This document shows positions 46,562 to 56,211 of a stretch of 64,000 bases of DNA, in pieces (the first letter of the stretch is position 1; every line of letters begins with the position of its first letter). A program made the position numbers and the translations under genes. The notes below the pieces were generated by a model. The model ran no database searches. It worked only from the letters and a program-made list of their open reading frames with translations, and had not been told where the DNA came from. This stretch comes from Candidatus Micrarchaeota archaeon (GTDB lineage Archaea; Micrarchaeota; Micrarchaeia; Norongarragalinales; Norongarragalinaceae): the NCBI GenBank assembly GCA_016207165.1, contig JACQQD010000009.1, forward strand, positions 106,660 through 170,659, written 5' to 3'.

Positions 46562-47503
46562 TTAATGCGTACGCGTCATCAAGGCCGGCACCACGCATTT
46601 TCTCCTCCAGACGACGTTGGTGCCTGTGTCGATGCGGTAAACGGGGTTGTCTGGGCTGGGCTTTAGCCGGATCTGGGCGCTTGGGAGTCGCTTAAGGAAT
46701 TGGACTTCACTGAGTTTCTTGAACAGATTCCATTCCGGGTCAATCAGGTACGGCGTGCCGTCTAATTCGGCATGCACCCAGGCATGCCTTCCGCGGCTCG
46801 TTCCGGCATTCAAGTCTCCCCGAACGTAGCGGGCATCGATTCCCGCTTCCTGGAGGCTTTGAACCAATAAAGCGGCTTTGTGCCGGCAAACGCCTTCACC
46901 GGATCGGATGATGGTTCCCGCTCCCAACACGCTGCCGGCTTCCGGTTCGCGCCCACGGGCACGTAGAGGGGCCTGGTCATGCAAGGCGTGAAGCAGCTCC
47001 CGTGCGATTTGAACTTCCGAGAACGTCGTTACGGCGAGGCGTCTGGCTCCAAGGGTGTACGGTAACGTGTTGGGTGAATCTTTATTGATTTTGAGTAACT
47101 CGCGGTCGTACGTAGCGAGGTGACCCAATTCAAACTGGGTGCCAGGAAGAATGTCGCCGTGGAACAAGTAGGAAAGTCCGGTTCGTTCCTCGTGGGTGGC
47201 GTCCGACGGCTTTTCGTCGGGCCGGACATGGGCTTCTTTCTCCACCAAGGCGTTGAGCAACGGGGCCTGCTCGTAAAAAGATTCGCGATCCGGCGCCGGA
47301 AGTCCTCGGATGAAGTCGTTCTGGCGGCGGACCATGGACAACGGGTCCTTGAAATAGGTGGAGAGGTATTTGGCGAAGCGTTCGGCGGTCAAGTCGCCGG
47401 GTTTGACGCGTCTTGAATCCGGAACCTCCAGGACGCAGGAGGCCATGAGGCGTTTTTGGTGGCCGGAGAGTTGCTTCCACACGCGCTGAATCAATTCATT
47501 CAT
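46562..47503 (-). CDS. Transglutaminase-like (papain-fold) Cys-His-Asp protein
   Basis: GVCRHKAALL..GIDARYVRG..HAWV..YLIDP catalytic triad; about 190-aa unknown N-terminus. Confidence 0.8.
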   Translation of the reverse strand: MNELIQRVWKQLSGHQKRLMASCVLEVPDSRRVKPGDLTAERFAKYLSTYFKDPLSMVRRQNDFIRGLPAPDRESFYEQAPLLNALVEKEAHVRPDEKPSDATHEERTGLSYLFHGDILPGTQFELGHLATYDRELLKINKDSPNTLPYTLGARRLAVTTFSEVQIARELLHALHDQAPLRARGREPEAGSVLGAGTIIRSGEGVCRHKAALLVQSLQEAGIDARYVRGDLNAGTSRGRHAWVHAELDGTPYLIDPEWNLFKKLSEVQFLKRLPSAQIRLKPSPDNPVYRIDTGTNVVWRRKCVVPALMTRTH

Positions 47504-47515
47504 TACAGGACTCCC

Positions 47516-50479
47516 TCAACCGGTTTTCTCGAAGGAGAACGACACGTCCACATCCTCGGCGTTCTCCTGGATTTTCTGTTTGGAGTCCGCCAAAGTTGCG
47601 TTGGAAGCGGAAACCGCGGACTTTAGTTCGCCCAAGTGCTTGGAAACAAAGTCGCGAAATGACGAGTCGGCCACGTGCAGGGACAGCGCGATTTGGTCCT
47701 TGACATGCAGGCCCGCCTTCTTTCGTTCGGCTTGGATTTTGCGCGTCAATTCGCGGAAGCGCGCCATGTGTTCCAGGTTATCGTCGCGTTCCGTGTTGAC
47801 AAAAACGGCGCCGCCCTTGAATTCTTTGACCGCGTAGGCGCCGCCTTGCGGTTTTTCCTGGTGGTAGGACACTTCCAACGCGTTCAGTGAAGAAAGTAGG
47901 ATGGATTGGAGGTTCACGACGGCGTTCTCCACGGCTGGCTCTCCGGTGACGACGACTTGGCGGACGGGCCAGCGCAGCTTGAATCCGGCGTCTTTTCGGG
48001 CGGCGTTGGTGGCCTCCGTCACATGCATGGCGGCCTGCATGGCGGCTTCCAAGTCGTTTTGAATGCGGGCTTCGTCGGGCACCGGATAGGATTCGAAATG
48101 GACGCTGTTCTTGTTTCCAAGGTGGTGCCACACGTATTCGGTGGCAAACGGCGTGATGGGCGCCAACAAAAGCGTGAGTTGGCGTAAAACGTGGTGGAGG
48201 GTATCAAAGACGTCTTCGTCGTTGCGGTCTCGCACCAGCTTGATGTACCACCTCGAAAAATCGTTGACGGCAAAGTCCACTAATTTTCGGCCCACGTGGT
48301 GGAATTCAAACGATTCGTAGTGCGCTAGGATTTCTTTCGTGATGGTGTTCAGGCGGGAAACCAGCCACGCGTCCTCCACGGCCTTGAGAGAGGGTTCTTT
48401 GGGCATCCATGTTGCAGGCTTGTATGAATCGTAGTACAGAAAGGCGTTCCAGTAAATGTTGAGCGCCTTGTAGACTTCCTTGGCGGAGGTGAAGGAGAAC
48501 TTTTGCACGTCCCAAGGCGCGATGTCCCAGCAATAATACAAACGCATGACGTCGCCGCCCAATTCTTTGACCGCGTCCTGGGCCCAGACCACGTTGCCGA
48601 CGCTTTTGCTCATTTTGTTGCCTTTCTCGTCGACCACCCAGCCCATCATGGAGACGCTGCGGTAGGCGGGTTTGTCGAAAACCGCCATGCCCGTAAACAA
48701 GAGCACGTAGAACCAGCCGCGGATTTGGTCCTGGCTTTCCGTGACCAAGTCCACCAAACAGTCGCCGGACAAGCGTTCAAAGAGTTCCTTGTTCTGGTAT
48801 GGGTAACCCAACGACGCCCAGGGCGCAATGGAGGAGTCAAACCAGACGTTGAAGATGTCCTTGATGCGCGACATTTTTTTGCCGCAGTCGCATTCAAGCT
48901 GGATGCCGTCCACGGAGTGCCTGTGCAAGTCCGAAAGTTCACCGGGGTCCTTGGTGGCGGACGCGCGCAGCTCATCAACGGAGCCGATGACTTTCTTTCT
49001 TCCGCAAGAACATTGCCAAATGGGGATGGGAATGCCCCAGAAACGTTGTTGGGAAATGCACCAGTCTTGGGCGTCGGCGAGCCAATTGTTCATGGCTTCC
49101 CTTCCAAACTCCGGCATCCAATTCACGTTGGCGTTGGCGGACAACAACTTTTCCTTGATGGGTTCAACGGACAGGTACCATTGCCGGGAGACGCGGAAAA
49201 CCAGGGGCGACTTGCACCGCCAGCAAAGAGGGTAGCTGTGCGTGACCGTTCCGGAATGCAAGAGATTGCCTTGGCGTTCCAGGAGTTCCAAAACCGTCTT
49301 GTTGGCTTTCTTGAAGAACTGGCCCTTCAGAAATCCGACTTTCTCGCTGAATTGCCCTTGCTCGTTGACCGGCGACAAAACGGGAAGGTTGTAGTGTTTT
49401 CCAAAAAAGTGGTCGGTTTGCCCGTGACCGGGAGCGGTGTGCACCAGGCCCGTACCGTCGTCGACCGTGACGAACTGCTGGAATTCTTCTTCCACCTTGG
49501 CCTTGGTCTCGTGCTTCTTGTACTTTTTCTTGGCCATCAAGTTGATGCTCAAGTAGACTCGGTACGCGCCTTCGTTGGACGCAATCTCTTTTTGCTGCTC
49601 GCACGAAACCAGTGGTTCGTACCGGAGGCCGTCGAGTTTTTCGCCCTTGAATTCCTCGACGATTTCAAAGTCAAGTCCAATGGTTTGCTTCAAGACGTCG
49701 TCGGCGCGTTTCTTGGCCAAAATGTACGTGTCCTTGCCGGCCTTGGCCCGAACATACGTCTCGGATGCCAGAACCGCAATGGCGACGTTGCTTGGCAGAG
49801 TCCACGGCGTGGTGGTCCACACCAAGAGGTACTCGTCGGGTTTTCCTTTGACTTGGAACTTGACGTAAAGGGAGGGGTCCGTGACATCCTTGTAGGAATC
49901 CGAGACCTCGTACCCGCTTAACGCGGTTTCGCAGTGGGGACACCAGTGAATGGCTTTGTTGCCCTCCACGAGAAACCCTTTTTCGTGCAAGGTCTTCAGC
50001 GTCCACCACGCGCTTTCAACGTAGTACGGCTTGTACGTGAAATACGGTTCAACGTAGGCTCTCCACGCGCCGAGTTGGTCGTAGACGGAGAGCCAGACTT
50101 TCTCGTTGTTGAGCACTTTTTGCAGGCATAGCGCGTCGAATTTTTCGACGCCCATTTTCTCGACGTCCTGCTTGCTTTGGATGCCCAACTCTTTTTCGAC
50201 CATGACTTCAACCGGCAAGCCATGGCAGTCAAAACCGGGCTGGATCTTGGCGTCAAAACCCTGCATGATTCGCAGCCGCGTCCAAATGTCTTTGCACGTG
50301 GTGGCTTTGACGTGGCCGACGTGAGGCGACGCGTTGACGTACGGCGGACCGTCCAGCAAATAGAAGGGTCTCGCGTTTTTCCGGTGCGCAGAGAGTTTCT
50401 GGGGCACCTTTTCTTTTTTCCAGTATTGTCGCACCCATTCTTCGATGCGGTGGGGCTCAAAGCGTTGGAGTTTTTCCAT
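47516..50479 (-). CDS. ileS: Isoleucine--tRNA ligase (archaeal/eukaryotic type)
   Basis: DGPPY, HVGH, DCHGLPVE, WTTTPWTLP, DWCISQQRFWG, DQIRGWF and KMSKS. Confidence 0.95.
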   Translation of the reverse strand: MEKLQRFEPHRIEEWVRQYWKKEKVPQKLSAHRKNARPFYLLDGPPYVNASPHVGHVKATTCKDIWTRLRIMQGFDAKIQPGFDCHGLPVEVMVEKELGIQSKQDVEKMGVEKFDALCLQKVLNNEKVWLSVYDQLGAWRAYVEPYFTYKPYYVESAWWTLKTLHEKGFLVEGNKAIHWCPHCETALSGYEVSDSYKDVTDPSLYVKFQVKGKPDEYLLVWTTTPWTLPSNVAIAVLASETYVRAKAGKDTYILAKKRADDVLKQTIGLDFEIVEEFKGEKLDGLRYEPLVSCEQQKEIASNEGAYRVYLSINLMAKKKYKKHETKAKVEEEFQQFVTVDDGTGLVHTAPGHGQTDHFFGKHYNLPVLSPVNEQGQFSEKVGFLKGQFFKKANKTVLELLERQGNLLHSGTVTHSYPLCWRCKSPLVFRVSRQWYLSVEPIKEKLLSANANVNWMPEFGREAMNNWLADAQDWCISQQRFWGIPIPIWQCSCGRKKVIGSVDELRASATKDPGELSDLHRHSVDGIQLECDCGKKMSRIKDIFNVWFDSSIAPWASLGYPYQNKELFERLSGDCLVDLVTESQDQIRGWFYVLLFTGMAVFDKPAYRSVSMMGWVVDEKGNKMSKSVGNVVWAQDAVKELGGDVMRLYYCWDIAPWDVQKFSFTSAKEVYKALNIYWNAFLYYDSYKPATWMPKEPSLKAVEDAWLVSRLNTITKEILAHYESFEFHHVGRKLVDFAVNDFSRWYIKLVRDRNDEDVFDTLHHVLRQLTLLLAPITPFATEYVWHHLGNKNSVHFESYPVPDEARIQNDLEAAMQAAMHVTEATNAARKDAGFKLRWPVRQVVVTGEPAVENAVVNLQSILLSSLNALEVSYHQEKPQGGAYAVKEFKGGAVFVNTERDDNLEHMARFRELTRKIQAERKKAGLHVKDQIALSLHVADSSFRDFVSKHLGELKSAVSASNATLADSKQKIQENAEDVDVSFSFEKTG

Positions 50480-50569
50480 ACAACGAAGTCACCTGTTCAT
50501 CGGATCCAGGAAAAAAATTTGGGCTTGACGCTTATATTAAGGGTGGCTTCCAATTGCATTTCGAGTTTT

Positions 50570-52000
50570 ATGCCGTTGAAACATCCGAAAGCCAAGGAGT
50601 TTGCCGAGTGGTACATTGAGCTCGTCGAGAAAGCCGAGTTGATGGATTATTCGCCCATCCAGGGCTGCATGACCATTCGGCCGCGGGCGTACGGCATTTG
50701 GGAAAAATACCAGGACATCATCAACGCGCGCATGAAATCGGATTCCGTGCAGAACGCGTACTTTCCCATGTTCATTCCGGAATCCTTTTTGAAAAAAGAA
50801 GCCGAACACTTCGAAGGCTTTGCGCCGGAAGTGGCGTGGGTCACGCACGGCGGAAACGAAGAGCTTGCGGAAAAGCTGGCGCTGCGTCCCACGTCCGAAA
50901 CCATCATGTACCACATGTTCGCCAAATGGATCCAGAGCCACCGCGACTTGCCGTTGAAAGTCAACCAGTGGTGCAACGTCATCCGGTGGGACACCAAGAC
51001 CCTCAAGCCGTTCCTGCGCACCCGCGAATTCTTGTGGCAGGAAGGCCACACGGCCCACAGCACGGAAAAAGAAGCCGAAGAAATGGTTTTGCGCGCGTTG
51101 TCCTGGTACCGGGAAGCCTGCGAGCAATACCTGGCCATTCCCGTAATGCTCGGAAAGAAATCCAAGGGAGAAACGTTTCCGGGAGCCAAGTACACCACCA
51201 CCGTCGAGACGCTCATGCCGGACGGAAAGGCTTTGCAGGCCGGCACCTCACATTTGTTGGGCCAGTCCTTTGCCAAAATGTTCAACGTGACGTTCAAGGA
51301 CCAAAACGAGAAAGACCAGTTCGCCTGGCAGACCAGTTGGGGCACGTCCACGAGGCTTTTGGGCGCCATGTTCATGCTGCACTCCGACGACAAGGGACTG
51401 GTGTTGCCGCCTAAAGTCGCGCCGCTTCACGTCGTCATCGTGCCCATCGCGAAAAAAGACGACGAGTCGGCCATGGCCTTGCAGGCCGCCGAACGCGTCA
51501 AGAAATCCCTGGAAGAGCAAGGGTTGCACGTGCACATCGACAACCGAAAAGAACGCACGCCGGGTTACAAGTTCAACGACTGGGAACTCAAGGGCGTGCC
51601 GCTTCGCATGGAAATCGGCTTCAAGGAACTCTCCGAACGCAGCGTGACGGTGGCGCGACGGGACACCGGCGAAAAGGACGTCATCCCAGAGGACAAGCTG
51701 GCGCTTAAAACCGTGGCCATCCTGGATGCCATCCAAAAAAACCTGCTGGAAAAAGCGCGCCAATTCATGAACGCCAACACGGCTCCGGCAAAAAACTTCG
51801 GGCAACTCAAAAAGACGCTGGAAGACATGCGGGGCTTCGTGGTTTCCGGCTGGTGCGGGGACCCGCGGTGCGAACAAGCCATCAAGGAGGACACCGGGGC
51901 CACCATCCGATTGATTCCATTCAACGACGAGCCAAGCGGAGTATGCGTCATGTGCGACCGGGACTCCAAGCACACGGCGTACTTTGCCAGGGCCTACTAA
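50570..52000 (+). CDS. proS: Proline--tRNA ligase (archaeal/eukaryotic type)
   Basis: LRPTSET, FLRTREFLWQEGHT, QAGTSHLLGQ, C-terminal Zn Cys and ARAY terminus; no INS editing domain. Confidence 0.97.
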   Translation: MPLKHPKAKEFAEWYIELVEKAELMDYSPIQGCMTIRPRAYGIWEKYQDIINARMKSDSVQNAYFPMFIPESFLKKEAEHFEGFAPEVAWVTHGGNEELAEKLALRPTSETIMYHMFAKWIQSHRDLPLKVNQWCNVIRWDTKTLKPFLRTREFLWQEGHTAHSTEKEAEEMVLRALSWYREACEQYLAIPVMLGKKSKGETFPGAKYTTTVETLMPDGKALQAGTSHLLGQSFAKMFNVTFKDQNEKDQFAWQTSWGTSTRLLGAMFMLHSDDKGLVLPPKVAPLHVVIVPIAKKDDESAMALQAAERVKKSLEEQGLHVHIDNRKERTPGYKFNDWELKGVPLRMEIGFKELSERSVTVARRDTGEKDVIPEDKLALKTVAILDAIQKNLLEKARQFMNANTAPAKNFGQLKKTLEDMRGFVVSGWCGDPRCEQAIKEDTGATIRLIPFNDEPSGVCVMCDRDSKHTAYFARAY

Positions 52001-52013
52001 GCGAGTCACCCTC

Positions 52014-52910
52014 ATGCAGAACCACTTCCGCATGGAAGTTCCCCCACTTCGGCGCATCGTCCAGGAACGCGACGTGCGGGACGCAATCCAATCCATGCTG
52101 AAAAGCGTGTTCAGTCACCTGGGGGTTAACGGCCGGAAAGCCAATGGATTGATCCGGGAGTGCCTGCGCTTGGCTGGAGAATCCAAGACGGAAATGGAGT
52201 ACGAAAACAGGGCGCATGCGTTGCTGGAGGAAGCCGGACTTGTCGCATCCATCCAAGAAAAACTCCGCGAACGCTCCGCCCTCATCCACGCGCAAATCCG
52301 GGAGCACCTGTCTGAAGGAAAAACCCTGGACGTGGGATGCGGAGACGGCCGCGTCGGCGCACTTCTTTCCAGAGACGGCCACGACGTGCATTTGGCGGAC
52401 GTGTACGCGCACCCCCAAGTTCAAACCCACGGCCTGCCGTTTTCGAGGTTCCGCCAAGGCGAGGCACTGCCTTTCCGCGACCAAGAATTTGACAACGCGG
52501 TGGTGTTGACCGTCTTTCACCACGCCGAAAATCCGGAGCACGCGTTGCGCGAAGTCCACCGCGTGCTTCGCCCTGGGGGCCGCGTGGCCGTGATTGAATC
52601 CGTGTACGGCGTTGAGGGAGATGAATTGACTCGTGATCAAAGAAAGGCGGCACGTGCCTTTGTAGACTTGTTGCCGAAACAGCAACGCTGGGCCAACGTT
52701 TTTTTCGACCATTTCTACAACCGCGTTCTGCATTACAGCGCTTCGCCGAACGGAAAAGTCAACGTGCCGTTCAACTTCAACACGCCCGCCGAGTGGAATC
52801 GATTGTTCAAAGCGCATGGATTTGACGTGGAGAAAACCATTCATTTGGGCGTGGATCAGCCCACCGTTCCGGAATACCACACGCTTCACGTCCTGCAAAG
52901 GCGGGAATGA
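52014..52910 (+). CDS. Class I SAM-dependent methyltransferase
   Basis: LDVGCGDG motif I, LPFRDQEFD, VFHH and RVLRPGG; start uncertain (51984, 52014 or 52032). Confidence 0.88.
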   Translation: MQNHFRMEVPPLRRIVQERDVRDAIQSMLKSVFSHLGVNGRKANGLIRECLRLAGESKTEMEYENRAHALLEEAGLVASIQEKLRERSALIHAQIREHLSEGKTLDVGCGDGRVGALLSRDGHDVHLADVYAHPQVQTHGLPFSRFRQGEALPFRDQEFDNAVVLTVFHHAENPEHALREVHRVLRPGGRVAVIESVYGVEGDELTRDQRKAARAFVDLLPKQQRWANVFFDHFYNRVLHYSASPNGKVNVPFNFNTPAEWNRLFKAHGFDVEKTIHLGVDQPTVPEYHTLHVLQRRE

Positions 52911-52989
52911 ACAAGGGTGGCCCTCGGGCATTTGAGGAGTTGCACGACATGCACACTCCCATTTAAGCCGGCGACGCTCTTAGAACGCC

Positions 52990-53844
52990 ATGCTTTCATT
53001 GGACTGGTTTCAGTACGCTCTGCTGGGAGCCGTTTCGTCTTCCGCGTTTTGGATCGTGTGCCGCGCGTTCTTGAAAAACCAGGAGCACCACCGCGCGTTC
53101 GCGCTGGTCATGCAGTTTCTCCCGCTGGTTTTCCTCATTCCCGTACTGGCCGTGGAACCCTTGGCGCTTCCGCAAACGCAGGCGGGTTGGCTTTGGCTTT
53201 TTTTGGCGGGATCGGTTTGGGCCATCCAGCAAATCGTGGTGTTCAAGAGCCTGCGGTTCGTCGACGTGTCGACTCGTGAGCCGTTGTACCGAACCAAAAT
53301 GGTTTGGGCCGTTGCGCTCGGAATTCTCTTCCTCGGCGAAACGCTCACGCCCAGAGCCGGCGCCGGCATCCTGCTGGTTTTTTTGGGCGCCATGGCGTTG
53401 GTCTACCGGCCGGGGATGCGAATCGATTTGGGACTCGGAGTGCAACTCGTACTGCTGAGCGCTTTTCTGCGGGGCATCACGTATCTTTCCGACAAACTGG
53501 CCCTCGAGCATTTCAGCGTCACGGCCTACTTTTTCGCGGTCTCCATCGTGTCCGGAACGCTGATGCTGTTGGACCCCAAGACGCGGAGGGAACCGGTCAA
53601 GGCTTTTTTCTCCAGCCACGCCAAGACGCTGGCCGTCATTTCATTTGTCGGAATATTCGGGTACTGGTTTAACATCAAGGCGTTGTCTTTGGGGCCGGTC
53701 AACGGCGTGGCGTCCGTCGGGGAGTTAAGCATCGTTTTTACGAGTTTGGGCGGCATTCTGTTTTTAGGCGAGAAAGACCATTTGTTGCAAAAAGCGGCGG
53801 GAGCCATACTGGCACTGGCTGGCGCATTCCTGCTTTATTCTTGA
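52990..53844 (+). CDS. EamA/DMT family transporter
   Basis: About 10 TM segments in two repeats, each ending ILFLGE. Confidence 0.9.
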   Translation: MLSLDWFQYALLGAVSSSAFWIVCRAFLKNQEHHRAFALVMQFLPLVFLIPVLAVEPLALPQTQAGWLWLFLAGSVWAIQQIVVFKSLRFVDVSTREPLYRTKMVWAVALGILFLGETLTPRAGAGILLVFLGAMALVYRPGMRIDLGLGVQLVLLSAFLRGITYLSDKLALEHFSVTAYFFAVSIVSGTLMLLDPKTRREPVKAFFSSHAKTLAVISFVGIFGYWFNIKALSLGPVNGVASVGELSIVFTSLGGILFLGEKDHLLQKAAGAILALAGAFLLYS

Positions 53845-53858
53845 CGTGAAGAATTCAC

Positions 53859-54632
53859 TCAAGCCAAGGAGTGCTTTTTCCACAAGTACTCGAACTGGCT
53901 TGAAAACGTCTCCACCACTTGCCTGGATTGGATGCGTAGCGCAATGACTTCCGGAGCGTAAATCAGGATCAGCACGTTGTTTCCGAAGACCACCCACACG
54001 ATGGGCATGTACAATTCCTCCGGCAGCCACTTGAGTTGAACGTCCGTGGTTTTCTTGGCGGCGTTCAGCAACGAAATGATTTTGTCGTTCTTCGTGGCAA
54101 AAAGCCGGAACCTCGTCTTCTTGAACCATTTACGGAATTCAATGGGAAAGAATTCCTGGACTTGAAGATTGCCAAACCCCTTCCATTGCGTGGGCGCCTC
54201 GGCGCGCACGATTTCCGAGATGAGCGCCTTATAGCCTTTCCGTCCCTTGTAGACCTCAAACAAATCCGTCTCCCGCAGGGACTCGTATTGCTTGGAAAGC
54301 TCCGGCATGACGCGGTGAACCTCTTTTTTGAACGCCTCGTGCCGAATTTGTTGTTGCCGCCAATTCTCCTCCAAGACGTCCGAGAGCTTGTCGGGATGCG
54401 TGGGCCGGAACACCCGCTTTTTACCCTCGAAAATCGAGGTGCACAAACCCAGTTCCATGAGGCGATCCAACGCCGCGTACACGTTAGGCTTGTAGGTTCC
54501 CACCCGTTTGGCGACGGCGTCGGCGCTACAGGGCCCCAATTCCACCAACGCCAAGTAGGTTTTGGCGGCCGTCGGGCTCAAGTCAAAGCCCTCCAAGACC
54601 CTCGAGGAATCCTGGCTCGAACGCATTTTCAT
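53859..54632 (-). CDS. TrmB family transcriptional regulator
   Basis: LSPTAAKTYLALVELG..VAKRVG..NVYAALDRLMELGL wHTH; YKGRKG and C-terminal sensor region. Confidence 0.9.
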   Translation of the reverse strand: MKMRSSQDSSRVLEGFDLSPTAAKTYLALVELGPCSADAVAKRVGTYKPNVYAALDRLMELGLCTSIFEGKKRVFRPTHPDKLSDVLEENWRQQQIRHEAFKKEVHRVMPELSKQYESLRETDLFEVYKGRKGYKALISEIVRAEAPTQWKGFGNLQVQEFFPIEFRKWFKKTRFRLFATKNDKIISLLNAAKKTTDVQLKWLPEELYMPIVWVVFGNNVLILIYAPEVIALRIQSRQVVETFSSQFEYLWKKHSLA

Positions 54633-54664
54633 AGTAGCATTATACTACTACTCATAGTATTATT
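54632..54664. promoter_or_regulatory. Putative TrmB operator overlapping a divergent promoter
   Basis: TACT-CAT-AGTA at 54649-54659 and TAGTAG-N7-CTACTA at 54632-54650. Confidence 0.65.
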
Positions 54665-54685
54665 CGTTTCGGTGCCCATTTTCGT

Positions 54686-54973
54686 ATGGCTGATTGGGAT
54701 CCGATGAAGGTGGTGGCTGTTTTTGCCGCCGTGTTTACCTTCGAGTTCGCGGTTGGAACGAGTCTGGGAAGTGGACCCATACTCGGCGCCATCGGAATGC
54801 TTGCCGTGGGGCCCCTGACACTGATGAAAGCCGTTTCCAACGCGTTCCCGCTTTTCGCCCCGCTCGCGTTTTTGGTGGTGCCGGTGTTGTTGCTCCGCTT
54901 TTACCGCATGCACTTGGGCCAGGGGGCCGTGCTTTTCATTTTGGGCTCAGCCGTGGCCTTGATGGCGGCATGA
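54686..54973 (+). CDS. Small hydrophobic membrane protein
   Basis: 95 aa with 3-4 hydrophobic segments; divergent from trmB. Confidence 0.65.
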   Translation: MADWDPMKVVAVFAAVFTFEFAVGTSLGSGPILGAIGMLAVGPLTLMKAVSNAFPLFAPLAFLVVPVLLLRFYRMHLGQGAVLFILGSAVALMAA

Positions 54974-55033
54974 CGAGTCACCGGCCAGGACGCCTCCGAT
55001 TCTATTTAAGGCAAAAAATTCGGTATACCGTTC

Positions 55034-55312
55034 ATGAAACACATCACCACACTTAGACGAGACGGCTCAATCGGCTTACCTAAAGCAATTCGTGCGAAAG
55101 CAAGACTCGAACCAGGAGACTGGGTTGAAATTGCCTTTGAAGAAAGAAAAATCGTGATAAACCGCGCACCGGGGCCCATCCTACGCAAAATGGGCAAAAG
55201 GGAAGCCGCGTTGGTTCAGAAGGCGGTTGACAAAGAAATGGAAGGAATTCGATCTGGAGAGAAAAAAACGCATCCCTTGGAGCAGGTTCTGAAAAAAGCA
55301 GGCTTAGACTAG
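55034..55312 (+). CDS. AbrB/MazE/SpoVT-family DNA-binding protein
   Basis: GSIGLPKAIR..LEPGDWVEI..KIVI swapped-hairpin pattern; own TATTTAAG promoter about 30 nt upstream. Confidence 0.85.
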   Translation: MKHITTLRRDGSIGLPKAIRAKARLEPGDWVEIAFEERKIVINRAPGPILRKMGKREAALVQKAVDKEMEGIRSGEKKTHPLEQVLKKAGLD

Positions 55313-55420
55313 GAATTGCCGGATGGGGTTGGGAATCACGTTTTTGAGGTTGGCAGCTGTCGAACGCCCATCCGCGCATAAACTTCCTGTTTTTAACGTC
55401 GCATTGCGTCAACGTATTGA

Positions 55421-55436
55421 GCCGCTTGCAAGCGGC
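55421..55436. repeat. Perfect 16-bp palindrome
   Basis: GCCGCTTGCAAGCGGC, ending 4 nt before the marC GTG. Confidence 0.8.
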
Positions 55437-55440
55437 GGGC

Positions 55441-56022
55441 GTGGAAATCGTGTTGGAGCAGTTCGTGTACGCGTTCATCGCATTGTTCGTGATTTTGGAT
55501 CCGTTTGCCAGCATCCCGCCGTTTTTTGGTTTGACGCGCAAAATGAGTGATGACCAGCGCAAGCACATTGCACGCAAAGCCGTGCTGGTCGCCGGAATCC
55601 TGGCGGCGTTGTTTTTGGTGGCCGGGTCAAGCCTTCTGGGCACGTTGGGAATCTCGTTGTCTTCGTTCAAGGTCGCCGGCGGCATCGTGTTGGGCTTGAT
55701 GGGTTTGGAAACGGTATTGAACATGCATTTTGGCGGGGCGTCAAAACCGGACCAGGACAGCGTGGCCATCCTCATTGCCACGCCGCTTCTAACCGGTCCG
55801 GGCATGATTTCCACCATCATCGTCTTGTCGCAGCAAGTCGGACAAGTGACTACGGGGTTGGCGGCGTTGGTGGCGTTGTTGCTGGCGTACGCGATTCTCT
55901 ACTTGGCGCCGCTTCTTCGAAAAGCCGTGGGAGACAAGACCATTGAAGCATTCTCGAAGATCATGGGATTGGTGTTGTTGGCCTTGGCTGTGGAATTCAT
56001 TCGCACCGGTTTGGCCGGCTGA
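55441..56022 (+). CDS. MarC family membrane protein
   Basis: LFVILDPFASIP, FKVAGGI, PLLTGPG and KIMGLVLLALAVEFI. Confidence 0.92.
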   Translation: MEIVLEQFVYAFIALFVILDPFASIPPFFGLTRKMSDDQRKHIARKAVLVAGILAALFLVAGSSLLGTLGISLSSFKVAGGIVLGLMGLETVLNMHFGGASKPDQDSVAILIATPLLTGPGMISTIIVLSQQVGQVTTGLAALVALLLAYAILYLAPLLRKAVGDKTIEAFSKIMGLVLLALAVEFIRTGLAG

Positions 56023-56072
56023 AAAACAAAAGAAAAAGAAAACGGGAAGCGCTTACGCGTAAATGCGCTTCC
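56022..56072 (-). terminator. Hairpin plus oligo-U tract (minus strand)
   Basis: GGAAGCGC (56045-52) / GCGCTTCC (56065-72) stem, followed on the minus strand by TTTTCTTTTTCTTTTGTTTTT. Confidence 0.6.
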
Positions 56073-56106
56073 ACTCCTCGATTCGGGGCTTTTTGGGGTC
56101 GTCCAT
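56053..56106 (-). CDS. Candidate 17-aa microprotein MDDPKKPRIEEWKRIYA
   Basis: ATG at 56106 and TAA at 56053; TATA-like TTTTTCAA about 26-33 nt upstream; U-tract downstream. Confidence 0.35.
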   Translation of the reverse strand: MDDPKKPRIEEWKRIYA

Positions 56107-56211
56107 ACTGATTGGACTAATGGGGCTTGACTTGAAAAAGGTTTTGATTCAGTCAAGGGATTCGGAAAGTTGCCTGACGCGGCGCTGGATTTCGTCGCGG
56201 ACGTCCGGATA

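Noticed and set aside
50177-50569. 131-aa N-terminal extension of proS (likewise the extensions given for thrB, purD and leuD)
   Set aside because: They overlap neighbouring genes; family homology and TATA/SD spacing support the downstream ATGs.
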